From a virus, in IMG/VR virus record IMGVR_UViG_3300021057_000023, positions 1 to 39,698 of that record: a DNA stretch of 39,698 bases; one strand, written 5' to 3'. The notes beneath the pieces are model-generated. The model saw nothing but the letters and a program-made list of their open reading frames with translations, ran no database searches and was not told the DNA's origin. Below are positions 7,373 to 14,396 of this stretch, piece after piece. Both the position numbers and the translations under genes were made by a program. Positions within the stretch are counted from its first letter, which is position 1; each line of letters opens with the position of its first letter.

Positions 7373-7489
7373 ATGAAGTTCAGTACGAAGTGCCTGCTCG
7401 CGATCGCGATGGTCTGCGGCACGACGATCGTCACCGTCGTCGTGGTGAGCCGCAGCGGCGGGGAGGTGAGCTGCCGGTACAAGCACTGA
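7373..7489 (+). CDS. Small hydrophobic peptide (38 aa)
   Basis: MKFSTKCLLAIAMVCGTTIVTVVVVSRSGGEVSCRYKH. GGGAAGGA lies about 10 nt upstream and a strong hairpin pair follows. It falls below the ORF-track cutoff. Confidence 0.4.
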   Translation: MKFSTKCLLAIAMVCGTTIVTVVVVSRSGGEVSCRYKH

Positions 7490-7504
7490 TGCCGTAGACG
7501 ACGG

Positions 7505-7559
7505 ACGGGCCGCGTGGGGCAACCTGCGCGGCCCGTTCCTATCGCATCAAAAATGCGAT
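7505..7559. terminator. Two adjacent hairpins between convergent genes (bidirectional terminator candidate)
   Basis: ACGGGCCGCG (7505..7514) pairs with CGCGGCCCGT (7527..7536). ATCGCAT (7541..7547) pairs with ATGCGAT (7553..7559) around a caaaa loop. Confidence 0.5.
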
Positions 7560-7592
7560 GCCCGCCCCCACCTCGTCGTCGCGCCTCGGGGG

Positions 7593-8048
7593 CTACTTCG
7601 CCTCGCACTCCCACTCGTCCGGCATGTCGTAGGGCGCCTTGCAGACTTCGAGGATTCCGTTCGCGTTGCGGCCCTCGCAGACGTTGTAGACCCCCTCGCG
7701 GCGGCAAGCGTACTTGGCGCGGGCCTCGGTCGTCCTCGCCCTCTCGGCCGCCTTCTCGTCCTTCGTCTTGAGTCGAACCGTTCCCTTCGGGGGCGGAGGG
7801 GTCGACGACGCGTCGTCCTCGTCGTCAGCCTGGACGTCGACGATGCAATCACTTCGCCTTGAGTCGGAGGCGCACTGGACGGGCTTCCAACAGCGCGGCG
7901 GCATTGTCGAGGCGTCGCACCAATAGAACGCCGAAAGGCCCGTATACCAGTCGTTCGCGGAGATCCAGGAGCGAGGGGAATCGGAGATCGTTGAATGGCT
8001 CGTGCGGCACCCGACGATCAGGAGCCCCGCCGCAAGAATCCGTTTCAT
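7593..8048 (-). CDS. Lipoprotein (151 aa), Cys-rich; candidate lysogenic-conversion or superinfection-exclusion factor
   Basis: MKRILAAGLLIVGC lipobox, WCDASTMPPRCWKPV motif shared with 5980..6180, and a Cys-rich C-terminal domain. It lies directly downstream of the repressor gene on the same strand. Confidence 0.7.
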   Translation of the reverse strand: MKRILAAGLLIVGCRTSHSTISDSPRSWISANDWYTGLSAFYWCDASTMPPRCWKPVQCASDSRRSDCIVDVQADDEDDASSTPPPPKGTVRLKTKDEKAAERARTTEARAKYACRREGVYNVCEGRNANGILEVCKAPYDMPDEWECEAK

Positions 8049-8158
8049 CGCCGCCTCCCACCAAGTTGGTGAGGCCCGGATCGGTGGATTTCGGCGCTAG
8101 GTAAGACAAGATTTGCGCATAGGATTAAGACCCTATGGCTCAGCAGCGCGACATCAGG

Positions 8159-8479
8159 TTACGCTTTGCCTGAAGTCTTTCGCTTGATGACTAGTTCCGG
8201 CATGTGGGCGTTGACGACCCGGAGGGCCTCCCCAAGAGCCACAGGGACCGGCACTTTTGCCGGAGGCGCCCCTTCCAGGAGTAGCTCGTGAAGCGGAATA
8301 CCAAAAACCTCCGCCATCCCCTGAAGCGTTTCCTGCCCGATCCAGGTGTCCCCCGTCTCCAGCCGCGAGACGGTCGGGATCGATAGGCCCACCTTTGCCG
8401 CCAAATCCGCCTGGCTCCAGCCTCGCGCCTTGCGGAGTCGCCGGATGTTTTTCCCCAAGACCAACGCAGGCCGGGCCAT
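8159..8479 (-). CDS. XRE-family helix-turn-helix transcriptional repressor (CI-like)
   Basis: LGKNIRRLRKARGWSQADLAAKVGLSIPTVSRLETGD is a classic HTH_3 pattern. ATG at 8479 follows GGGGGAG. It is divergent from the rightward early operon. Confidence 0.8.
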   Translation of the reverse strand: MARPALVLGKNIRRLRKARGWSQADLAAKVGLSIPTVSRLETGDTWIGQETLQGMAEVFGIPLHELLLEGAPPAKVPVPVALGEALRVVNAHMPELVIKRKTSGKA

Positions 8480-8539
8480 GTCTCCCCCGTAAACGGGTTG
8501 AGCGACATGTAACACGGGCTTAGCGGCAATACCTTCAAT

Positions 8540-8579
8540 CATTGTAGCATATTATATACTCTACAATGCGTTAGCATTG
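8540..8579. promoter_or_regulatory. Operator-like nested inverted repeats in an AT-rich divergent promoter region
   Basis: CATTGTAG (8540..8547) is the inverted repeat of CTACAATG (8561..8568), and CAATGC (8564..8569) of GCATTG (8574..8579). TATACT and TATTAT -10-like hexamers lie between them. Confidence 0.5.
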
Positions 8580-8735
8580 CAGAATATCTAAACTCCGTGC
8601 TAAAAGGTTCCGACGAGCACGAAGCTCGCGGACGGCGCAGACACGGGGGGTGGCGGCGCAGTAGGCGGGTAAAAGGCTCAGGAATTTAGCTGGATTGGAC
8701 TTGCCGGGGCTTAGGGATGGGCACTGGCTTGGGTA

Positions 8736-8800
8736 GGGGCTCCTCAGGTTCTCCACGGAGGGTCTGAGGAGCCCCTCTGCTTTACCTCAGCCACGGAGGG
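8736..8800 (+). promoter_or_regulatory. Structured leader of the rightward early operon (12-bp hairpin with an alternative pairing partner)
   Basis: GGGGCTCCTCAG (8736..8747) pairs with CTGAGGAGCCCC (8764..8775) and is followed by tctgcttt. CCTCAG..CCACGGAGGG is repeated at 8742..8762 and 8785..8800, so CTGAGG could pair with either CCTCAG copy. Confidence 0.4.
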
Positions 8801-8821
8801 GAATTCAACCTAGGAGTTACG

Positions 8822-9346
8822 ATGAACGCCGCCCATCCCACCCGAGCCGAGCCGCTCGCCGCCATCTTCGATGCGTTGGCCGCTCACCGCACCGGCCGCG
8901 CGCCGCTTTCAGTCGACGCCCTGTCGGCTCTGCACGCCGCGCTGGTCGCGCGCGTCGACGAGGTCGTCGCGGCGCTCAATGAGGTGATGCGCGAGGAATC
9001 GAAAGAGCGCTCAGACGCCGCCGCCGCTGAGATCCGCGCGCGCATCCTTCAGTCGCGCCGCGAAATGATCGCCGAGGAGCTGGCCGTCGCCGTCGCCGCA
9101 ACGCCCGACGGCGCGGTCGAGAGCGCGAGATACAGCATCACGACGAAGCTGACGCCGGGTAAGGTCGAATACCTCGTCAAGCACCCGCCCGAGAGCCTCG
9201 TCGACGACCCGACGTGGGGCTCCTGCATCAAGTCGGAGCTGAAGTGGGACGGCAAGCGCCTCAACGCGCTGCTCACCACGGGCGTGCCGTGCTCGTTTGC
9301 GCGCCTCGTGCAAGACTTGAAGCCAGTCATCACCCAGAAAGGCTAG
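8822..9346 (+). CDS. Hypothetical protein (174 aa), first gene of the rightward early operon; weak resemblance to Mu Gam-type organisation
   Basis: AGGAG lies 6 nt upstream of the ATG. It has an N-terminal helical region and lies next to the Erf gene. The Gam idea rests only on size, position and a vague motif. Confidence 0.6.
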   Translation: MNAAHPTRAEPLAAIFDALAAHRTGRAPLSVDALSALHAALVARVDEVVAALNEVMREESKERSDAAAAEIRARILQSRREMIAEELAVAVAATPDGAVESARYSITTKLTPGKVEYLVKHPPESLVDDPTWGSCIKSELKWDGKRLNALLTTGVPCSFARLVQDLKPVITQKG

Positions 9347-9350
9347 TCCC

Positions 9351-10109
9351 ATGCAGAAATCCGACTCCATCAAGGCGATCGCCGCGGCGCTCCTCAAGGT
9401 GCAGGAGAAGCTGAAGGCAGTCCCCAAGAACAAGTTCAACCCGCACTTCAAGTCGCGCTACGCCGACCTCGCCGACTGCCTTGATACGTTGCGCCCGCTG
9501 CTCACCGAGAACGGCCTCCTGCTCTTGCAGCCACACGGCTCCGATGGCGACTTTGCGCGCGTGACGACGCTCATCGTCCACGTCGCCTCGGGCGAATTCA
9601 TCGGCGAGACGGCGGCCGTGAAGCTCGCCAAGCCCGGCCCGCAGGAGGTCGGCTCGGCCGTGACCTACCTGCGCCGCTACGGCCTCTCACTCGTCGGCCT
9701 GATCACTGACGAGGACGACGACGCCGAAGCCGCGCACGGCCGCGGGGGCGAGAAACAGCAGCGCCAAGCGGCACCCCGCCAGCAGCAGCAGGCCGAGCGC
9801 AAGCCGATCCACGCCGGCGCGCCGCAGGACGCCCCGCCGCCGCTCACCGACGGCTACGGCCGCCCCCAGCCTATGCCGGGAAACCCGCAGGCTCGGACGT
9901 CGGGGCCGACCGAGGCGCAGCTTCGGCGGCTGTTCGCCATCCAGCGCAATTCGGGCGTCGATGAGGCCAGCCTCAAGCGTTACATGGCGGCCAAGTGGAA
10001 CGTCCAGACGACCAAGGCGCTCACCCGCGAGCAGTACGACGACGTCTGCGGCTGGCTCGAGGCGCCGGACGCGATGGCGGACGAGGGGCTGAGCGAGACG
10101 CCGTTCTGA
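9351..10109 (+). CDS. erf: Erf-family single-strand annealing protein (recombinase)
   Basis: NPHFKSRYADLADCLDTLRPLLTENGL and GSAVTYLRRYGL are hallmark Erf motifs. A Q-rich linker and a C-terminal domain ending ..SETPF follow. Confidence 0.8.
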   Translation: MQKSDSIKAIAAALLKVQEKLKAVPKNKFNPHFKSRYADLADCLDTLRPLLTENGLLLLQPHGSDGDFARVTTLIVHVASGEFIGETAAVKLAKPGPQEVGSAVTYLRRYGLSLVGLITDEDDDAEAAHGRGGEKQQRQAAPRQQQQAERKPIHAGAPQDAPPPLTDGYGRPQPMPGNPQARTSGPTEAQLRRLFAIQRNSGVDEASLKRYMAAKWNVQTTKALTREQYDDVCGWLEAPDAMADEGLSETPF

Positions 10110-10149
10110 GGGGAATGGGATGTGGGGATACACGCCAAGCGGAGGGGCC

Positions 10150-10992
10150 ATGGCACGGATCAGGACGATCAAACCGCAGTTCTTCATGGACGAGAAGGTC
10201 GCGTCGCTGTCGCACTCGTGCGCGCTCTTTTTCGTCGGCCTTTGGACCATCGCCGACGACGAGGGGAAGTTCCGGAACAGCCCCCGGCAGCTCCACCTCA
10301 TGATGCCGATTTTCGAGACAAGGCACGTGCAGCGGTGGCTCATGGAGCTGACATGCAACGGACAACTGCGCATCAGCGAGGACTCATGCTGGTATCAAGT
10401 CGTCAACTGGCGGCATCAGCGGATTTCAAAGGTCATTCAGCCGCTCGTCAAGGCCGCGGAGATTAAGTGGAAACCGGTTTCCATTCCGAACCCGGACGAC
10501 ACCGGTAGACGCTCGGTAGACGCAAGGAATGGAAAGGAAAGGAATAGGAAGGGAAAGGATTCCCTAACGGGGCGCAGGTCCGGCTTGCGCGCCGCCGAGC
10601 CTCCGAAAGAGCAGCTCGCTCCGCTCGCGACGACGGCCGAGCCGTCGTCCCCCGTGAAAGACTTCATCGCGGTCTACTGCGATGCGTTCAAAGCCCGCTA
10701 CGGCACCTGGCCGACGGTGGGAAAGAAAGGCGCCGGGATCGCCCGCCGCATTGTCGCCGAGGTCGGCATCGCGAAGGCCAAGCTTTGCGCTCAGGCCTAC
10801 GTGGCGATGGGGGATGCGTGGTTCCTCACCCGCAACCACGACCTGGCGACGCTGGAGAGCAACCTCACGAAGGTCGCCGCCTACGCGGACACCGGCCAGA
10901 CCATCACGTCGGCCGGCGCCCGGCAGGCCGAGCTCTACTCGCACAACGCCGCCGTCGTCGACGCGATGCTTCGGGAGGACGGCGCGTCATGA
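10150..10992 (+). CDS. Putative replication organiser/initiator protein
   Basis: MARIRTIKPQFFMDEKVASLSHSCALFFVGLWTIADDEGKF is a conserved phage N-terminal pattern. ATG at 10150 follows GGAGGGG. The track's 10120 start is less likely. Confidence 0.5.
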   Translation: MARIRTIKPQFFMDEKVASLSHSCALFFVGLWTIADDEGKFRNSPRQLHLMMPIFETRHVQRWLMELTCNGQLRISEDSCWYQVVNWRHQRISKVIQPLVKAAEIKWKPVSIPNPDDTGRRSVDARNGKERNRKGKDSLTGRRSGLRAAEPPKEQLAPLATTAEPSSPVKDFIAVYCDAFKARYGTWPTVGKKGAGIARRIVAEVGIAKAKLCAQAYVAMGDAWFLTRNHDLATLESNLTKVAAYADTGQTITSAGARQAELYSHNAAVVDAMLREDGAS

Positions 10993-11573
10993 CCGAGCGC
11001 GAGGCGTTCTTGAAGATGCTCGCCGTGGTGGCCGACCTCTGCGCCTACCGTCTCTCGCCGGAGGTCGCCCGCCTCTACGCCGACCACATCGCCCCGCACG
11101 GACTCCTGGCGGCGGCGGAGGCGCTGAAGCGCCTGATGGTCGATCTCAAGCCCGGCCGCTCTTTCCCGTCGGTGAACGACGTCCTCTCGGCGATGGGCAA
11201 GACGCCGCTCTCTGACGACGCCCAGGCGCGCGACACGGTCTCGAAGATCGTCCAGGCCATCTCGACCCACGGCTACAACTGGCCGCACCGCGCGCGAGCT
11301 GCCGTCGGCGAGATCGGCTGGGCGATCGTCCACCGGATGGGCGGCTGGGAGACCGTCTGCGAGGACTACACCTACGCCCGCGAGAAGACCGTGATGCTCG
11401 CCCAGTGGCGCGAGCTGGCGAAAGCCTTGGCCGAGCGCGCCCGCTTCGGAGAGCTGGACGCGGCGCCAGCGCTGCCGCCGGATCCCGACGCGGCCCGACC
11501 GGCCGTCACCAACCCCTTCGCTCGTCGGGCTCTCGCCATCGCCAACGGGAAGCCACCTGAGGACGACGCATGA
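10989..11573 (+). CDS. Hypothetical replication-module protein (helicase-loader-like, G39P-type pattern)
   Basis: ATGA overlap with the upstream gene. The ..SFPSVNDVLSAMG.. context resembles loader/inhibitor proteins. This is a low-specificity call. Confidence 0.4.
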   Translation: MTEREAFLKMLAVVADLCAYRLSPEVARLYADHIAPHGLLAAAEALKRLMVDLKPGRSFPSVNDVLSAMGKTPLSDDAQARDTVSKIVQAISTHGYNWPHRARAAVGEIGWAIVHRMGGWETVCEDYTYAREKTVMLAQWRELAKALAERARFGELDAAPALPPDPDAARPAVTNPFARRALAIANGKPPEDDA

Positions 11574-11731
11574 GGCTCTCCCGTCTCGTCCGTTGGCTTC
11601 GCCTCGTCTGGCGCCGCCTCATCCGCCGACGCGATTCTAGACCCAAATCCGCCGGCCTGGTGCGGTCGAGCTACCAACCCCCTAGAGCCGCTCAACCTCT
11701 ACCGCCTCGACAAGCAAAGGAGACCCAAGCC

Positions 11732-11947
11732 ATGAGACACCGCGACGCCTGGATCCACTGCACCGGCTGCGGCCACGTCTACCCGCGAGGCTTCGACGCC
11801 GGCTGCAACTGCCAGATGGAGCTTCGTATCCTCGACCCCGAGGACGTGCCGCGGGAGGCCTGGGCGCGCTACGACGGCGGCGTGCATCCCTTGGACCGCG
11901 AGGGCGAGCGGGAGTGGGACTTGAGCGATCTTCGGGAGGGGTTGTGA
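11732..11947 (+). CDS. Small Cys-rich protein (71 aa)
   Basis: ATG at 11732 follows AAGGAGA. HCTGCGH...CNC cysteines. The track's upstream extension (11570..) is Arg-rich and of low quality. Confidence 0.55.
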   Translation: MRHRDAWIHCTGCGHVYPRGFDAGCNCQMELRILDPEDVPREAWARYDGGVHPLDREGEREWDLSDLREGL

Positions 11948-12276
11948 GCCTGCGGGACGACCTGAAGGCGATCCAGGACGCGCGTACCGCCGACTTCGCG
12001 GTGCTCGACGCGATCGGCGTGGAGATCAAAGAGGTCGAGGCGGCGCTCGAAGCCGCCGGCTTGCGCGAGGAGATCGAGGTGCCCATCGGCGACGGCGAGA
12101 ACCTCGTCTGGGCGCGCGGCAACGGGCGCCGGTGGCGACTCATGTACGACGACCCGGACCACGACTGCTTTCGGCCGCTAATCGAGACGCCGCAGGCGGT
12201 CCGCGCGCGGATGCGCGACCCGCTGCGCGAGTTCGTCGCGGCCGTCAGGCGGCGCGTCACGGAGGGACGCCGATGA
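11944..12276 (+). CDS. Hypothetical protein (110 aa)
   Basis: GTGA overlap start at 11944, preceded by GGGAGGGG. Confidence 0.6.
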   Translation: MSLRDDLKAIQDARTADFAVLDAIGVEIKEVEAALEAAGLREEIEVPIGDGENLVWARGNGRRWRLMYDDPDHDCFRPLIETPQAVRARMRDPLREFVAAVRRRVTEGRR

Positions 12277-12479
12277 GCCCGCGCGACAAGCCACGGGCCG
12301 GCGGCCTCGTCGTCAGCATGCGCGTTGGCGAGTCGGTGTTCGTCGGGACGGCGAAAATCACGCTCATCAAGCGTCGCAAAGGCGACGTCGGCGGCCTCCA
12401 GCTGCTCATCAAGGCGCCAAAGGATGTCCTCGTCGTGATGCCCCACCACAGAGCCGCCGCCAAGGAGGGTGACGAGTGA
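12273..12479 (+). CDS. Divergent CsrA-like protein (68 aa)
   Basis: LVVSMRVGESVFVGTAKITLIKRRKGDVGGLQLLIKAPKDVLVV follows the CsrA pattern L.l.R.vGE...iG....i.......v.l.i.APk.V.v, but the Arg equivalent to R44 is not conserved. ATGA overlap with GGAGGGA upstream. Confidence 0.45.
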   Translation: MSPRDKPRAGGLVVSMRVGESVFVGTAKITLIKRRKGDVGGLQLLIKAPKDVLVVMPHHRAAAKEGDE

Positions 12480-12652
12480 CCCCGCCAACCCCCGAATCCT
12501 CCCTCGACCGTCAGGTCAGAGAGATCGTCGCGGCTGTCCGCTGCCTCTGGCGCTGTCGGCGGTGCGGCCGGATCTACCGCGACGAGCCCTTGGTCTGCGA
12601 GCCTAGAGGGTGCGACGGCCTGAGCTTCGAGGCCGTGGAGGTACCCAATTGA
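12476..12652 (+). CDS. Zinc-ribbon protein (58 aa)
   Basis: GTGA overlap, with AAGGAGGG 6 nt upstream. CLWRCRRCG...VCEPRGC cysteines. It falls below the ORF-track cutoff. Confidence 0.5.
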   Translation: MTPPTPESSLDRQVREIVAAVRCLWRCRRCGRIYRDEPLVCEPRGCDGLSFEAVEVPN

Positions 12653-12966
12653 GCGTGGTCGTGGACTTCGAGCGCGTCTTAGAGCGCCAGCGGGAGCAGG
12701 CTGAGCGCGCCTATGACTTGGCGCTAGCCAGGGAGGCGGCCGACGACGCCTACCGCGAGCACGCCATTCGCGAGGAGCGGTACCAGTGCCTCCACGGCCT
12801 GCGCGCCGAGCTAAGGCGGGGCATCAAGCCTGGTCGCCTCACCGCGGAGAAGCTGGACGCCGTCGTCGATGAAGCCAAGCGCGACTTGGAGGAGGCGGAG
12901 ATGGCGCTAGACCTCGCGGTGGCCACGTATCTCAGACTCGGCGGCGATCCGCGCGAGTACCAATAG
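12649..12966 (+). CDS. Hypothetical helical protein (105 aa)
   Basis: TTG at 12649 overlaps the upstream TGA, with GGAGG 7 nt upstream. Confidence 0.55.
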   Translation: MSVVVDFERVLERQREQAERAYDLALAREAADDAYREHAIREERYQCLHGLRAELRRGIKPGRLTAEKLDAVVDEAKRDLEEAEMALDLAVATYLRLGGDPREYQ

Positions 12967-13037
12967 GCGAGTGAAAGAGCTGGCTTAGAGACGCGCAGCC
13001 GGCGTCCAGCTAACCCGGTTAAGGCCGGGGGCCGAAG

Positions 13038-13188
13038 GTCTACCCAGCGCCATAGACTAACGGTGCTTAAAATCCTGGGACCGAGAGGTCGTGCAGGTTC
13101 AAATCCTGCCGCGGGCACGCCACCTTACGGAGTTTTCCACCTGTGGACACACAGACTGAAAAGTCTACCGCCCATAGACTTTCTATGG
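13038..13188. promoter_or_regulatory. GTCTA-N-TAGAC palindromes flanking the tRNA fragment (candidate integrase/excisionase binding sites)
   Basis: GTCTAcccagcgccaTAGAC at 13038..13057, GTCTAccgcccaTAGAC at 13163..13179, and CCATAGActtTCTATGG at 13172..13188. Confidence 0.35.
13066..13117 (+). other. attP core candidate: 3' portion of a tRNA-Leu(TAA)-like gene (anticodon loop to discriminator)
   Basis: The elements are cttaaaa (anticodon-loop-like), a long variable-arm stem gacc-gaga-ggtc, a T arm gcagg-ttcaaat-cctgc and an acceptor 3' strand cgcgggc plus a. No complementary 5' acceptor strand or D arm lies upstream. The fragment sits 180 nt upstream of the integrase. Confidence 0.55.
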
Positions 13189-13299
13189 CGCCCGTCTCGC
13201 TTTGGGCTTACGCCCGGGCTAAGGCCATGCTCGAGGACGCCCGAAAGCTCGGTATCAAGGGGGCGACTCTAGAGGGCTTTTACGAGACGGGGCTCGAGC

Positions 13300-14385
13300 T
13301 TGAGAGGGCGCGACTTCTTTCACGTCCGAAAGCCCGGCGCCGCCGGCAAGCGGTGGGCGATCGCGCGCCAACGCCGGGGGGCTGACGGCAAGTCGACCTA
13401 CACGGTGATCCCCGAGAGCGACCTGCCCGAACTGGCCGCCATCAACCGCGCGTTCCTGGCCGGCATCCACGACTTCGATCAGGCCTACGCCCAGGTCTTA
13501 GACCTCCGAAAGCGGCTCTATAAGCGCGAGCGCGAGGCCGACCCCAAGCCCCTCACCCACGCCGAGAACGTGGCCTTGATGGAGCGCTACTGGGCGTCGG
13601 AGTACGTCGACCGCGATATCGTGGACCCCGGGTCCATGAAGCGCTCGCTGCGCCGCGCTGTCGAGGCGGTCGGCACGCTCTCGCTCCTCACCGCCACGCG
13701 CCAAGACCTCTGGCTGGCCTTGGCCAACCTGCCGGCCGAGAAGCAGCGCCGGGCGGCCAGCCGGCTAAACCAACTTTTGCGCTTTGCCGGCCGGACAGAC
13801 GTGCGCGTGCGGCTAAAGCGGCCTGAGCGTCCCGACGTCCGCTACGTGACCCTGGCCCAGCTTCGCGAGCTCTCCCCCAAGCTCACCCAGCCGGCGCGCG
13901 ATTTGGCGTGGATCGCCTTTGCCACGGGCCTAAGGGCTGGCGAGATCTTTGGCCTCCGCCCAGAGTCGGTGCGGATGGAGGGCCGCGAGGTCTACGTCGA
14001 GAGCCAGATCGTCCCCTCAGGCCAAAGGCGGCCGACGAAGACGAGAGAGCCCCGGTCGACGCTCGTGGTCCCCGCAGGCCTGCCGGCCCTCGAGCGGTGG
14101 CTAGCGCGCCCCGAGGCCGAGCGCCACGCGCTCCGGAATGAGCGCTACTCGAAAGAGATCAGGGACGCCGCCAGGCGGCTCTGGCCCCATGAGCCCCGGC
14201 GGCATGTGACGCTCCACGGCCTCCGCCACAGCTTCGCCATCCACCTGCTCTCCAAAGACATCGCCATCAAGCGCGTGGCCGAGCTCCTGGGAAACTCGGT
14301 CGTCGTCTGTGAGCGCTATTACGCGGGCTTCAAGACGGCCGACGATGACCTGGCGGCCTTAGCGAAGCGGCTAGCCAAGGCCTAG
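13300..14385 (+). CDS. int: Tyrosine recombinase / phage integrase
   Basis: ATGLRAGEIFGL (Arg I), HGLRHSFAIHLL (H-x-x-R) and VVCERYY (catalytic Tyr). The start is uncertain; a TTG lies at 13300. Confidence 0.85.
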   Translation: MRGRDFFHVRKPGAAGKRWAIARQRRGADGKSTYTVIPESDLPELAAINRAFLAGIHDFDQAYAQVLDLRKRLYKREREADPKPLTHAENVALMERYWASEYVDRDIVDPGSMKRSLRRAVEAVGTLSLLTATRQDLWLALANLPAEKQRRAASRLNQLLRFAGRTDVRVRLKRPERPDVRYVTLAQLRELSPKLTQPARDLAWIAFATGLRAGEIFGLRPESVRMEGREVYVESQIVPSGQRRPTKTREPRSTLVVPAGLPALERWLARPEAERHALRNERYSKEIRDAARRLWPHEPRRHVTLHGLRHSFAIHLLSKDIAIKRVAELLGNSVVVCERYYAGFKTADDDLAALAKRLAKA

Positions 14386-14396
14386 CCTTCCGAGGC

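Noticed and set aside
7312-7707. 131-aa minus-strand ORF across the convergent terminator region
   Set aside because: It runs through both hairpins and overlaps the 3' end of the lipoprotein gene. The translation is Arg/Gly/Pro-rich and of low complexity.
8571-8756. 61-aa minus-strand ORF in the immunity leader, and short plus-strand ORFs such as ATG 8717 (16 aa)
   Set aside because: Composition is poor, there is no SD, and they overlap the hairpin and repeat structures. The region is more consistent with a non-coding regulatory leader.
11680-11694. 14-mer cccctagagccgct shared between 11680s and 38241..38254
   Set aside because: A single 14-nt match between two sites is within chance expectation for a 40-kb GC-biased sequence.
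13031-13117. A complete tRNA-Leu gene
   Set aside because: The 5' segment gccgaag does not pair with the 3' acceptor strand cgcgggc. The anticodon stem does not form (cggtg versus tcctg) and there is no canonical D loop. Only the 3' portion is tRNA-like, so it is treated as an attP fragment.
13143-13385. 80-aa plus-strand ORF (or 66 aa from ATG 13185) overlapping the integrase start; possible excisionase or a frameshifted integrase N-terminus
   Set aside because: The 5' part has reasonable codon bias, but I see no recognisable Xis or HTH motif and it spans the palindromic sites. The evidence is insufficient either way, so it is left uncalled.
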